Assembly (NCBI GenBank): GCA_032249095.1 | Contig: JAVVGN010000001.1 | Coordinates: forward strand, 1 to 32,000 | Direction of reading: 5' to 3' | DNA length: 32,000 nt | Origin: Candidatus Caldarchaeales archaeon | GTDB lineage: Archaea > Thermoproteota > Nitrososphaeria_A > Caldarchaeales > Calditenuaceae | Part shown: positions 6,672 to 15,167 of the stretch, in pieces | Layout: each line of letters opens with the position of its first letter | Numbering within the stretch: the first letter of the stretch is position 1 | Translations under genes and position numbers: made by a program | The notes under the pieces: generated by a model | What the model was told of the DNA's origin: nothing | Databases searched by the model: none | The model's input: only the letters and a program-made list of their open reading frames with translations

Positions 6672-8300
6672 GTGCCCCACATAGGTAACCTTATAGGGTC
6701 TGAGCTATCAGCCGATGTCTTCGCACGCTACCTCAGGGTTAGGGGCGAGGACGTTGTTTTCGTGAGCGGCTCGGACGAGCATGGCACCCCCATCGAGGTT
6801 GAGGCGACGAAGAGGGGCGTCGACCCCAAGGTCTTGACGGACGAGGTGCACGAGAAGGTTGTTGATGTCTTCAGCAGGTTCAACATCTCCTTCGACATAT
6901 ACACGAGGACCCACAACCCCATCCACATCTCCTTCTGCCAGAGCTTCTTCAAACGCATATACGACAACGGCTACATCTTCGAGAGAGATGTTGACCAGCT
7001 CTACTGCGGGTCCTGCGGCAGGTTCCTCCCAGACAGGTTCGTCCTCGGAACATGTCCACACTGCGGCTATGCCTCAGCGAGGGGCGACCAGTGCGAGTCC
7101 TGCGGAAAAGTCCTCGACCCGTTGGAGCTCGTCTCGCCGATTTGCGCGATCTGCGGCAGCACGCCCGAGATCAAGGCCACGAGACACTGGTTCTTCGACC
7201 TGCCCCGCCTGACGGAGCCCCTCAAGGCGTGGATATCCGCGAACCAGCACATGCCTGAGCGCGTAAAGGCCTTCACGCTCAGCTGGATCGAGGAGGGCCT
7301 CAGGCCTAGGGCCGTGACCCGGGATAACAGGTGGGGGATCCCGGCCCCCTTCCCAGGCGCCGCCGAAAAGACGATCTATGTGTGGCTTGAGGCCGTTCTC
7401 GGCTACATCTCCGCCACAGTCGAGCTTGGTGAGAGGCTGGGGCGGCCGGGGCTCTGGGAGGATTACTGGCTCGACAGGGAGTGCAGGACGATCTTCTTCA
7501 TAGGTAAGGACAACATCCCGTTCCACACGATCATTCTGCCGGCCCTCCTCCTCGCCCACGGGGACCGGTTCGTCCTACCCTGGAGCGTCTCGGCCACCGA
7601 GTACCTGACCTACGAGGGGCAGAAGTTCTCGAAGAGCAAGAGGATTGGGATATGGCTCGACGAGGCCCTAGAGATACTTCCGAGCGACTACTGGAGATAC
7701 TACCTGGTTAAGATGAGGCCAGAGACTGCCGACACAAGCTTCAAGTGGTCGGACTTCGCCTCAACCATCAACAGCGACCTAAACGATGACGTTGGAAACT
7801 TTGTCCACCGCGTCCTCACCTTCATTTACCAGTTCCTCGACGGCGTTGTCCCCCAGCCGCGGATTCTAGACGAGGCCGACAGGAGACTCCTAGGGAAGGT
7901 TGCCGAGACCCTCAGAAGCATCGACTCGCTCATGCTTGAGGTGAGGGAGAAGCAGGCGCTTCACGAGCTCGTCGACCTGGTCAGGGAGGGGAACAGCTAC
8001 CTAAACCTCAAGGAGCCATGGAAGTCTTACAGGACGGCGCCAGAGCAGGCTGCCACAACGCTCTACGTGGCCGTCCAAGCCGTCGGCGCGCTCTCGATAA
8101 TGCTTGACGCCTTCTTGCCTGAAGCAGCATACAGGCTGAGGGGGATGCTTCGCCTACCGTCTAATGTGAGTGGAGCGTTGAAGTCTCTGGGCGGAGAGTT
8201 CTTGGCGCCGGGGACCAGAATCGAGAGGCCCGAGCCGCTTTTCAAAAAGGTTAGCGAGAGGGAGCTGCTGGAGAAGAGGGTGAGGCTGGCCCCTGCCTAG
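6672..8300 (+). CDS. metG: Methionyl-tRNA synthetase; coordinates start at the first in-frame canonical start, but the conserved N-terminus begins at about 6621
   Basis: HIGH-type motif PHIGN, KMSKS-type motif KFSKSK, and four CxxC zinc knuckles (CGSCG, CPHCG, CESCG, CAICG). In-frame codons 6621-6671 encode VELGKWVVGGAWPYIHG, the conserved first beta-strand of MetRS, but contain no ATG, GTG or TTG. Confidence 0.9.
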   Translation: MPHIGNLIGSELSADVFARYLRVRGEDVVFVSGSDEHGTPIEVEATKRGVDPKVLTDEVHEKVVDVFSRFNISFDIYTRTHNPIHISFCQSFFKRIYDNGYIFERDVDQLYCGSCGRFLPDRFVLGTCPHCGYASARGDQCESCGKVLDPLELVSPICAICGSTPEIKATRHWFFDLPRLTEPLKAWISANQHMPERVKAFTLSWIEEGLRPRAVTRDNRWGIPAPFPGAAEKTIYVWLEAVLGYISATVELGERLGRPGLWEDYWLDRECRTIFFIGKDNIPFHTIILPALLLAHGDRFVLPWSVSATEYLTYEGQKFSKSKRIGIWLDEALEILPSDYWRYYLVKMRPETADTSFKWSDFASTINSDLNDDVGNFVHRVLTFIYQFLDGVVPQPRILDEADRRLLGKVAETLRSIDSLMLEVREKQALHELVDLVREGNSYLNLKEPWKSYRTAPEQAATTLYVAVQAVGALSIMLDAFLPEAAYRLRGMLRLPSNVSGALKSLGGEFLAPGTRIERPEPLFKKVSERELLEKRVRLAPA

Positions 8301-9442
8301 CCCCTTATCCTCTTTATCCCGAGCTCCTTTACCAGGCGCTCGAGCTCGTCGGTCTCTTCCACGCTCTCTTGCGCTGTTGACTTCGCTGGGCCCTCGGCTG
8401 CGAGCCTCTGGCTAGCTGGGAATACCTTCTCCTCGACTCTCTCAGAGGAGCCTTGGAGGTCGCTCAGATATCCCTGCGAGTCCAGCCCCGCCAGTATCAA
8501 TGAGACCTGCATGGTCGAGTTGTAGTAGTTATCTACTCTTGCGCCCCAGACGATAAGCCCCTCCTCTCCCATGAGCTCGTAGATTATCTCGGGCGGCCTC
8601 GAGGCCTCCTTTAGCTTCATATCCTCGCCGCCGGTCACGTGGACTATCGCTGCAGAGACTCCCTCGAGCTCCACCCCGCCCTCGAAGAGGGGTGACTGAA
8701 GGGCGTTGAAGGTGGCCTCCTCAGCCCTGTTCGGCGAGCTGCTCCTGCCGATCCCCAGCGAGGCCAGCCTTCCCTGGGCAACGACCGTCTTGAAGTCCTC
8801 GAAGTCTATGTTGATTAGGCTCGGCTTCACTATTGACTCGGTTATGCTGAGTATCATGTTGTTTATCACCTCGTCCGCGAGCGAGAAGGCTGTCTTGAGG
8901 TTGTATTGTGGGTAGAGCTCGAGGAGCCTGTTGTTGTCCACCACGACCACCGTGTTTGTATACTTCTGTAGCTCGGTTAGCCCCCGCATGGCGATTCTCC
9001 TCCTCACCCCGCCCTCGAACCTGAAGGGAAGCGTCACGACCCCTATAACGATGGCGCCCAACTCCTTAGCGATCTTGGCGACGACCGGGGCTGCCCCAGT
9101 CCCTGTACCACCCCCAAGACCCGCGGCGATGAATACGAGGTCGGCACCCTCGAGGGATTTACGGATCTCCTCCGCGCTCTCCTCGGCCGCCCTCATTCCT
9201 ATCTCGGGGTTCCCTCCAGCGCCGTAGTCCCTCGCTACACGCGGCCCCAGCAGGATCTTCTGGTGGGCGTTGATGAGCTCCAGGTGCTGCCTATCTGTGT
9301 TTGCCGCTATGGCGGTGGCGCCGTAGAGCCCGCCGTTTATGAGGCGGTGTACGGTGTTGCTTCCCGCGCCGCCGAGCCCTATCAGCTTAATCCTGAAGCC
9401 CGGGGCCTCCTCATCCTGATGCATTATCTCGAGGCTACTCAC
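8297..9442 (-). CDS. ftsZ: Cell division GTPase FtsZ
   Basis: Motifs GLGGAGSNTV and the tubulin signature GGGTGTGAAPV, followed by the FtsZ core VTLPFRFEG. The start is GTG 9442 (an ATG lies at 9424). The 3' end overlaps the convergent metG stop by 4 nt. Confidence 0.9.
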   Translation of the reverse strand: MSSLEIMHQDEEAPGFRIKLIGLGGAGSNTVHRLINGGLYGATAIAANTDRQHLELINAHQKILLGPRVARDYGAGGNPEIGMRAAEESAEEIRKSLEGADLVFIAAGLGGGTGTGAAPVVAKIAKELGAIVIGVVTLPFRFEGGVRRRIAMRGLTELQKYTNTVVVVDNNRLLELYPQYNLKTAFSLADEVINNMILSITESIVKPSLINIDFEDFKTVVAQGRLASLGIGRSSSPNRAEEATFNALQSPLFEGGVELEGVSAAIVHVTGGEDMKLKEASRPPEIIYELMGEEGLIVWGARVDNYYNSTMQVSLILAGLDSQGYLSDLQGSSERVEEKVFPASQRLAAEGPAKSTAQESVEETDELERLVKELGIKRIRG

Positions 9443-9581
9443 TTGTCCTTGCCTCCTCCTTTATGAAGTCTCGGACAGCCATCCTGATTGCCTCAGCCCT
9501 GTTGGGGTATAGGCGGCGGCGGACCAGCTCGTCTATCGCCTCTAGGTATGCTTCAGGGAGATGAACGGTTACCACCTTCAT
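9435..9581 (-). CDS. Ribbon-helix-helix (CopG-like) protein, CdrS-like, translationally overlapping ftsZ
   Basis: A 48-codon ORF below the ORF-track cutoff, translated by hand: MKVVTVHLPEAYLEAIDELVRRRLYPNRAEAIRMAVRDFIKEEARTSE. It shows the beta-strand plus two-helix RHH pattern. GAGGTG lies 6-7 nt upstream of the ATG. Its TAG (9435-9437) overlaps the ftsZ GTG start by 8 nt. Confidence 0.7.
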   Translation of the reverse strand: MKVVTVHLPEAYLEAIDELVRRRLYPNRAEAIRMAVRDFIKEEARTSE

Positions 9582-9612
9582 TCACGACACCTCGCCGAGA
9601 CCCACGAAGGTG

Positions 9613-9635
9613 AATACCATAAAAGTCTTGGTATT
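9613..9635 (-). promoter_or_regulatory. Promoter region of the RHH-ftsZ operon with a 7-bp inverted repeat flanking the TATA
   Basis: AATACCA (9613-9619) and TGGTATT (9629-9635) are separated by 9 nt that include the TATA-like CTTTTAT (minus strand, 9619-9625). This is a candidate RHH autoregulatory operator. Confidence 0.4.
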
Positions 9636-9738
9636 ACGTTCCTTAAATCCGGCGTACTACCCTGCACCGAAAACCCGCCCCTTCCGTTGCAATAATTGAC
9701 AAATTCTAAATAGACCGGGTGCCACTTTTTGCCAGAAG

Positions 9739-10113
9739 TTGCGAATAAACGAGGTGTCCGAGGAGGAGGAGATTGGTGAGATCGTCCGAATCATTAACGA
9801 GGAATGTGAGGCTGGAGCCGCGGTTGTCGTTGAAGGTGAGACCGATAGGGAGGCTCTCGTGGAGCGAGGCGTAGCTGCAACAATACTCACGCTACGCGAG
9901 CTAATGCTACGCGCCGAGCACGGCCTACTCGAGGATGCTAGGGTGATCGTGCTTCTCGACCTTGACAGAGAGGGTGAGAGGCTCACGTGGTGGTTGAGGG
10001 CTAGGCTCCCGAACACGGTCAGGCTCGACTTCTCCCTTAGAGAGAGGATAAGGAGGTCGCAGAGGTTTAAGCGTGGGCGGAGAACCATACAACAGATATT
10101 TATGGGCCCCTAG
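9739..10113 (+). CDS. Small Toprim-domain protein (RNase M5 / primase-like)
   Basis: The Toprim glutamate (VVVEGETDREAL) and the DxD motif (VIVLLDLDREGE) are present. TTG 9739 lies 30 nt downstream of TTCTAAATAG (9704-9713). The ORF ends 18 nt upstream of valS. Confidence 0.6.
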   Translation: MRINEVSEEEEIGEIVRIINEECEAGAAVVVEGETDREALVERGVAATILTLRELMLRAEHGLLEDARVIVLLDLDREGERLTWWLRARLPNTVRLDFSLRERIRRSQRFKRGRRTIQQIFMGP

Positions 10114-10131
10114 GGATGCTCGTTCTCGGCG

Positions 10132-12468
10132 ATGTCAACTAGCGGGTTCGAGCCGAAGCTGAAGGAGACGCGCTGGGCGCCGGAGCTGGAGCTGGAGCTC
10201 CTAAAGAAGTGGGAGGAGGAGGGCCTGTACGGTTTTCGGGAGGACGCGCGGGGCAGACTCTTCCTGATCGACACACCGCCCCCCTACCCCTCTGGTAGGC
10301 CGTGGCACATAGGCGCAGCGGCTCACTACACCCAGATAGACATGATAGCGAGGACGGCGAGGATGATGGGCTACAATACCTACTTCCCAATAGGCATCGA
10401 CAGGAACGGAATACCGGTGGAGCGATACGTCGAGAGGGAGAAGGGGATCCGCCTCCTCTCCCTCCCCCGCCAGGAGTTCCTAAAGATATGCTCCGAGACA
10501 CTCGACGAGCTTGAGTCTGAGATGCTGTGGATCATGAGGCGCGCGGGGCTCTCCGGAGACTTCAAGAACTATTACAGGACTGACTCCCCCGAGTATAGGG
10601 GGCTTACCCAAGCCACCTTCATCAGGCTCTTCAGGGAAGGGAAGATCTACAGGTCTACGAGGCCCAACAACTACTGCTGGGACTGCGGGACGACCGTGGC
10701 CGACGCCGAGGTTGACCACATCGAGGTCCCCACCGACCTCGTCTACATCTCCTTCGACCTAGTCGGCGGAGGAAGCGTAGCCATAAGCACTACGAGGCCG
10801 GAGCTCCTCGGCGCCTGCAGGGCAGTCATCTACAACCCGGGCGACGCGAGATACTCGTGGCTCGAGGGTAGGAGGGCGGTTGTCCCGATCTACGGCACGG
10901 AGGTGCCGATAATCCCGCACAACGCGGCTAAGCCTGACTTCGGCTCGGGGGTGGTAATGGTCTGTAGCTACGGCGACAGGGTAGACGTCCAGCTCTTCCG
11001 TGAGCTCGGGCTCGAGGAGGTGATACTCATAGGGCTGGACGGCAGGATGCTGGACTCGGCTGGACCGCTCGCCGGACTCACGGTCCAGGAGGCGAGGAGG
11101 AGGATCATAGAGATCCTTGAGGCCGAGGGGCGACTCGTCAAGACTGAGAGGATCATGCACAGCATCCCCATATGCGAGAGGTCCAACGCGCCGATCGAGA
11201 TCATACCTATGGACGAGTACTACCTATCTCAGCTCCCCTTCAAGGAGGATCTTCTGGAGGCGGCCTCGAAGATGACTTTCCACCCGGAGATCCATAGGCA
11301 GCTCCTCACGGACTGGACAAACAGCATAAAGATCGACTGGCCTATATCGAGGCGTCGTTACTACGCGACGGAGATCCCCGTCTGGTATTGCAGGTCCTGC
11401 GGCCACCCAAGCCTCCCTGAGCCTGGCCGCTATTACAGGCCGTGGGCCGAGAAGCCCCCCTTTGAGAGGTGTGAGCGCTGCGGCGGGACCGAGTTTGTGG
11501 GTGAGGAGAGAACCCTCGATACTTGGATGGACTCGAGTATCTCGCCACTCTACATCTCTCGCTACATGCGCGACGAAAAGTTCTTCTCCCGCGCTTACCC
11601 CGTCGGAATCAGGCCGCAGGGCAAGGACATAGTCAGGACCTGGCTATACTACACTCTCCTCCGCTGCTACCAGCTTACGGGGAAGCCGCCGTTCAAGCAC
11701 GTCTGGATCAGCGGCATGGGACTCGATGAGAAGGGTGAGAAGATGAGTAAGAGCAAGGGCAACGTGATAGATCCGCGCCCAATACTCGAGAAGTACGGCG
11801 CGGACATCTTTAGGTTCTGGTGCGCGCAGGAGGCGAGCTTGGGGTACGACTTCAGGATATCGGAGCAGAGGATCGCGGCTGCGGGCAGGTTCGTCACGAA
11901 ACTCTGGAACATAGCCCGCTACGTCTCTCAGTTCCCCAACCCACCGAGGGCGAGGCTCGTGGCTACGGACGAGTGGATACTCTCGGAGCTCGCGAAGACG
12001 GCGGAGGAGTGTATGAGGGGGTACAGGGACTTCAACTTCTTCATCCCAAGCACGCGGCTCAGGAACTTCCTCTGGAACATCTTTGCGGACCATTACATAG
12101 AGATGACCAAGATGAGGGCCCTCGGGAGGGTAGGGACGCGGGCTGAGGCGTCTTCCGCGTGGTATGCTCTCCACAGGGTCCTGAGGACAAGCCTCCTACT
12201 ACTGGCACCCATAACGCCCTTCATCACGGACCACATCTGGAGGGCCCTCTACTCGCCCCGCTCCATCCACCTCCAGAAGTTCCCCAAGATCGGGGTCCGT
12301 AGAGACATGTCCGAATATACGGAGAAGATTTTAGAATTTAACAGGATGGTGTGGAGGGAGAAGAAGACTGCAAACCTCTCGCTCAGGGATCCAATAAGCA
12401 TAGAGGTGCCGAAGGAGCTTGAGCCCTTTAAGCCCGACCTCGCCGCGATGCACAACATAAGGATGTGA
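10132..12468 (+). CDS. valS: Class Ia aminoacyl-tRNA synthetase, most likely valyl-tRNA synthetase
   Basis: Motifs DTPPPYPSGRPWHIG (HIGH region), the editing-domain-like GSGVVMVCSYGD, two CxxC pairs, and KMSKSKGNVIDP. Assigning Val rather than Ile or Leu rests on recalled archaeal ValRS motifs. Confidence 0.75.
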   Translation: MSTSGFEPKLKETRWAPELELELLKKWEEEGLYGFREDARGRLFLIDTPPPYPSGRPWHIGAAAHYTQIDMIARTARMMGYNTYFPIGIDRNGIPVERYVEREKGIRLLSLPRQEFLKICSETLDELESEMLWIMRRAGLSGDFKNYYRTDSPEYRGLTQATFIRLFREGKIYRSTRPNNYCWDCGTTVADAEVDHIEVPTDLVYISFDLVGGGSVAISTTRPELLGACRAVIYNPGDARYSWLEGRRAVVPIYGTEVPIIPHNAAKPDFGSGVVMVCSYGDRVDVQLFRELGLEEVILIGLDGRMLDSAGPLAGLTVQEARRRIIEILEAEGRLVKTERIMHSIPICERSNAPIEIIPMDEYYLSQLPFKEDLLEAASKMTFHPEIHRQLLTDWTNSIKIDWPISRRRYYATEIPVWYCRSCGHPSLPEPGRYYRPWAEKPPFERCERCGGTEFVGEERTLDTWMDSSISPLYISRYMRDEKFFSRAYPVGIRPQGKDIVRTWLYYTLLRCYQLTGKPPFKHVWISGMGLDEKGEKMSKSKGNVIDPRPILEKYGADIFRFWCAQEASLGYDFRISEQRIAAAGRFVTKLWNIARYVSQFPNPPRARLVATDEWILSELAKTAEECMRGYRDFNFFIPSTRLRNFLWNIFADHYIEMTKMRALGRVGTRAEASSAWYALHRVLRTSLLLLAPITPFITDHIWRALYSPRSIHLQKFPKIGVRRDMSEYTEKILEFNRMVWREKKTANLSLRDPISIEVPKELEPFKPDLAAMHNIRM

Positions 12469-12480
12469 GAAAACCTCACT

Positions 12481-12536
12481 GGGTCAGACTGCCCATCGAC
12501 ACCTCACAGATCGGTGTGGACGTTGCTCATCATCCC
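12481..12536 (-). ncRNA. C/D box sRNA (2'-O-methylation guide)
   Basis: The minus strand reads GGG AUGAUGA (C box) GCAACGUCCACA CCGA (D' variant) UCU GUGAGGU (degenerate C') GUCGAUGGGCAGU CUGA (D box) CCC. Box spacing is canonical (12 nt and 12-13 nt guides). A GGG/CCC terminal stem is present, and a TATA box lies 27 nt upstream. Confidence 0.65.
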
Positions 12537-12559
12537 GTGGAAGCGGTCTCCAAGCCCCG

Positions 12560-12566
12560 TTATAAG
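12560..12566 (-). promoter_or_regulatory. TATA box (CTTATAA on the minus strand) for the C/D box sRNA
   Basis: Centred 27 nt upstream of the sRNA 5' stem. Confidence 0.5.
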
Positions 12567-12617
12567 TCTTGGTCGGAGTACGCGGGATAAATTCTGCCCC
12601 CGCGGAGACCTATACCC

Positions 12618-12986
12618 GTGGTCAGGTACGTGAGGGATAGGTCGCTTGAGGAGTATGTCAGGAGGCTTGGCGAGGAGGCTGGGCTGAGGCACATCGACTA
12701 CTCTAGGGTGAGGTGTGTTAGGAGCTTCGGCAGCAGGTCAAGGTCGGTCGCGGCGAGGATCCATGCAGCCAGCCGGGCACTATACACTGGGCTGGGTATC
12801 AGGCCCGTCTACGTTATCGAGTTTGTCTCGGAGGTCTTTGAAAAGCTAACAAGACGCGAGAGGGACCGCGTCGTACTCCACGAGCTTCTCCACATACCGG
12901 CCTCGATGGGCGGTGGCCTAGTTGGGCACGGAGCGCTCGACTTCGAGGAGGAGGTGGAGAGGCTTGAGAGGAGGATCAGCCGGTGA
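12618..12986 (+). CDS. Putative small zinc metallopeptidase (HExxH)
   Basis: Motif VVLHELLHIP in a 122-aa protein. GTG 12618 lies 28 nt downstream of GATAAATT (12586-12593). Family assignment is tentative. Confidence 0.5.
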   Translation: MVRYVRDRSLEEYVRRLGEEAGLRHIDYSRVRCVRSFGSRSRSVAARIHAASRALYTGLGIRPVYVIEFVSEVFEKLTRRERDRVVLHELLHIPASMGGGLVGHGALDFEEEVERLERRISR

Positions 12987-13647
12987 GGCCGATGACTGTG
13001 CAGGGAGCGCTGTCAACCTCCTCCAGCATCAGGGGCGCGACTATGACGAGCCGGTACTCGCTCGGCTTTCCGGCGAGGTCCATGTCCTCAAGTATGAGGA
13101 CGCCATCCCCAGAGAGGAGGATTCGGTGCGACTCGCGCCCCTCCTCCCTCCTAGCAGGCGTCGAGATGCTGACCGCGTCTATACCTATGGCTCTCAGGCG
13201 GGGGCTGAAGCTTTTGATGAGCCTCGCCGCCGAGGGTGCGAGGAGCGGGCCCTCCTCCGCATAGGCCCTCGGGTCGCTCTCCCTGTGGCGCTGGACGCCG
13301 GTCCTAATCATAACCATGCTGTACGCCTTGAAGGCATCCCTATGGGGCTCGAGGTCCTCGCCCGTGATGGCCCCGCCCAGCTCCTTCGGAACATCGATGA
13401 TGATGGCTCCATGGAAGACGAGCTCCTCGGGACCGTATTCCGAGATCTTTCTGCCGTATGGGATGAAGTGGTTGGGTGCGTCGACGTGGGTTCCCGTGTG
13501 GTTGGCCAGAGTGATGATCCAGGAGTTGCTGGAGTCGCCCCTCGAGAGGCTTTTGTGGGGCTTAAACTCCGGCTGAGGCGTCCCCGGATATAGGGGCGTA
13601 TTACGTCCGATCCTGTGGGAGAGTAGGACGGCCCGCACCGCTCCCAT
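12976..13647 (-). CDS. Cyclase-family metal-dependent hydrolase (kynurenine formamidase-like)
   Basis: The hallmark HTGTHVDAPNHF (HxGTHxDxPxH) is present in a 223-aa ORF. Confidence 0.8.
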   Translation of the reverse strand: MGAVRAVLLSHRIGRNTPLYPGTPQPEFKPHKSLSRGDSSNSWIITLANHTGTHVDAPNHFIPYGRKISEYGPEELVFHGAIIIDVPKELGGAITGEDLEPHRDAFKAYSMVMIRTGVQRHRESDPRAYAEEGPLLAPSAARLIKSFSPRLRAIGIDAVSISTPARREEGRESHRILLSGDGVLILEDMDLAGKPSEYRLVIVAPLMLEEVDSAPCTVIGLTG

Positions 13648-13740
13648 AGACCCGCCCTCCAGCTATAGGATCCTGATATGAATGTTACCTAGGGTGGGGG
13701 GAAAGGTATATTGAGGGTCCAGGCTCCTCGTGGTGGTGGA

Positions 13741-14775
13741 TTGAGGGAGATAAGCCTGGGCTACTGGGTGGCGCAGGAGCAGTATCCGCCGGACAGGCTG
13801 CTAGACCTGGCCGTCCACGCCTTTGTGGTGGGGTTCGACACCATAGTTACGAGCGACCACTTCCACCCTTGGCGGGACAACGGCGGCCACGCGGCGCACC
13901 CATGGATCTGGCTCGCGGCAGTGGCTGAGAGGCTTAAGGACGCGGAGATCGGGACGGCCGTCACTACACCACTCTTCAGGTACCACCCGGCAATTGTTGC
14001 CCAGGCCTTCGCGACGCTGGACTACCTCTATCCCGGGCGGGTCTTCCTAACGGTCGGAGTGGGCCACGCGATGAACGAGGTCCCGCTGGGGTTCCAGTGG
14101 CCGGGATATAAGGAGAAGGTGGAGAGGCTTAGGGAGGCGATCGAGATAATCAAGCTCCTCTGGAATGGAGACTTCGTCGACTATGAGGGCAAGTACTACA
14201 GGCTTGTGAAGGCGAAGCTCTACACGAAGCCCAAGGGAAATATCAAGCTCTACGTCGCGACCGCCGACAGGAAGGTCGCCGAGATCGCGGGCATGTATAC
14301 CGACGGCATACTCACGAACCCGCGCGGGCTGGAGAGCTACGGCGAGGTGGTGAGGGCCCTAGAGGAGGGCGCGAGGAAGGCGGGGCGCGACCCCTCGGGC
14401 CTCAGCAAGTGTATGGAGTTTAAGGTCTCATATGACCCGGACTACCAGCGTGCTCTGCAGGCGGCTTACTTCTGGGCGCCCACAGCGATACCGAGGGAGA
14501 AGAGGGAGAGGGTGGCTGATCCGAGGGAGCTTGAGGCCATGGTCGGCGAGGAGGAGCTTGAGAAGATCAAGAGGACTTGGCTGATAACAAGCGACTCGGA
14601 CGACATATACAGGGCCCTCGGCGAGTTTCTGAAGCTCGGGTTCGACAGAGTCTTCATCCACAGCTCCTCCCCAGACGAGGAAAAGTTCCTCAACCTCCTC
14701 GGCCGAGAGATCCTACCCTGGGTCAGGGAATACTATCAGAGCCTAAGGATACCGATCCGTGTCTCCTCAGAGTGA
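13741..14775 (+). CDS. LLM-class F420-dependent oxidoreductase of the glucose-6-phosphate dehydrogenase (FGD) family
   Basis: Motifs SDHFHPW, TPLFRYHPAIVAQAFATLDYLYPGRVFLTVGVGHAMNE, YDPD and FWAP are collinear with my recollection of mycobacterial FGD1 along the whole length. I prefer TTG 13741 (MREISLGYWV), which lies 32 nt downstream of GTATATT (13706-12). The ORF-track TTG 13711 overlaps that TATA. Confidence 0.75.
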   Translation: MREISLGYWVAQEQYPPDRLLDLAVHAFVVGFDTIVTSDHFHPWRDNGGHAAHPWIWLAAVAERLKDAEIGTAVTTPLFRYHPAIVAQAFATLDYLYPGRVFLTVGVGHAMNEVPLGFQWPGYKEKVERLREAIEIIKLLWNGDFVDYEGKYYRLVKAKLYTKPKGNIKLYVATADRKVAEIAGMYTDGILTNPRGLESYGEVVRALEEGARKAGRDPSGLSKCMEFKVSYDPDYQRALQAAYFWAPTAIPREKRERVADPRELEAMVGEEELEKIKRTWLITSDSDDIYRALGEFLKLGFDRVFIHSSSPDEEKFLNLLGREILPWVREYYQSLRIPIRVSSE

Positions 14776-14781
14776 GGGGCC

Positions 14782-15117
14782 GTGCCCATCACCTTTTACG
14801 GCCACCGCAGGTGCAGGACTTGCATGAGAGTCAAGGAGGCCTACGATGCCGCGGGGGTCGAGTACGTCTTCATCGACATATTGAGGGAGCAGCCTAGCGC
14901 CGAGCAGCTTAGAAGGCTGGTCGAGAGGTACGGGCCCGAGGGCGTGGTGAGGGGACGGAAAAGGGAGGCGTCCAAGGCCTACAGGGCTCGGGGCCTCGAG
15001 GGACTCCTCAAGCTCATCCGCTCCGATCCGCGGATATTGGTGAGGCCGATCGTCGTGAGGGACGGCGAGGTCTTTGCCGGCGAGGAGGCTAGGGCTCTCG
15101 CTGCCAAGAGGGGGTAA
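14782..15117 (+). CDS. ArsC/Spx/YffB-family thioredoxin-fold protein with a CxxC motif
   Basis: The N-terminus ITFYGHRRCRTCMRVKEAY fits the family pattern (Y-G-x3-C-x2-C-x-K-A), and the C-terminus contains LVRPIVV. It starts 6 nt after the LLM gene stop. Confidence 0.65.
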   Translation: MPITFYGHRRCRTCMRVKEAYDAAGVEYVFIDILREQPSAEQLRRLVERYGPEGVVRGRKREASKAYRARGLEGLLKLIRSDPRILVRPIVVRDGEVFAGEEARALAAKRG

Positions 15118-15167
15118 ATGGGTGATGTGGGCTGGGAGAATGTGACGTAGGCGTCTTCGGCCTCGGC

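Noticed and set aside
6708-7559. Several 68-161-aa ORFs on both strands inside metG. Similar ORFs lie inside valS, ftsZ, glmS, gnd and the LarA-like gene.
   Set aside because: All are nested in or antisense to genes with unambiguous motifs. Their products are low-complexity and Arg/Pro/Gly/Ser-rich, a typical GC-rich artefact.
12922-13593. A 223-aa plus-strand ORF that mirrors the 223-aa cyclase-family gene on the minus strand.
   Set aside because: The product is Arg/Gly/Asp-rich with no motifs. The opposite strand carries the diagnostic HxGTHxDxPxH motif. Long antisense ORFs are expected in GC-rich coding DNA.
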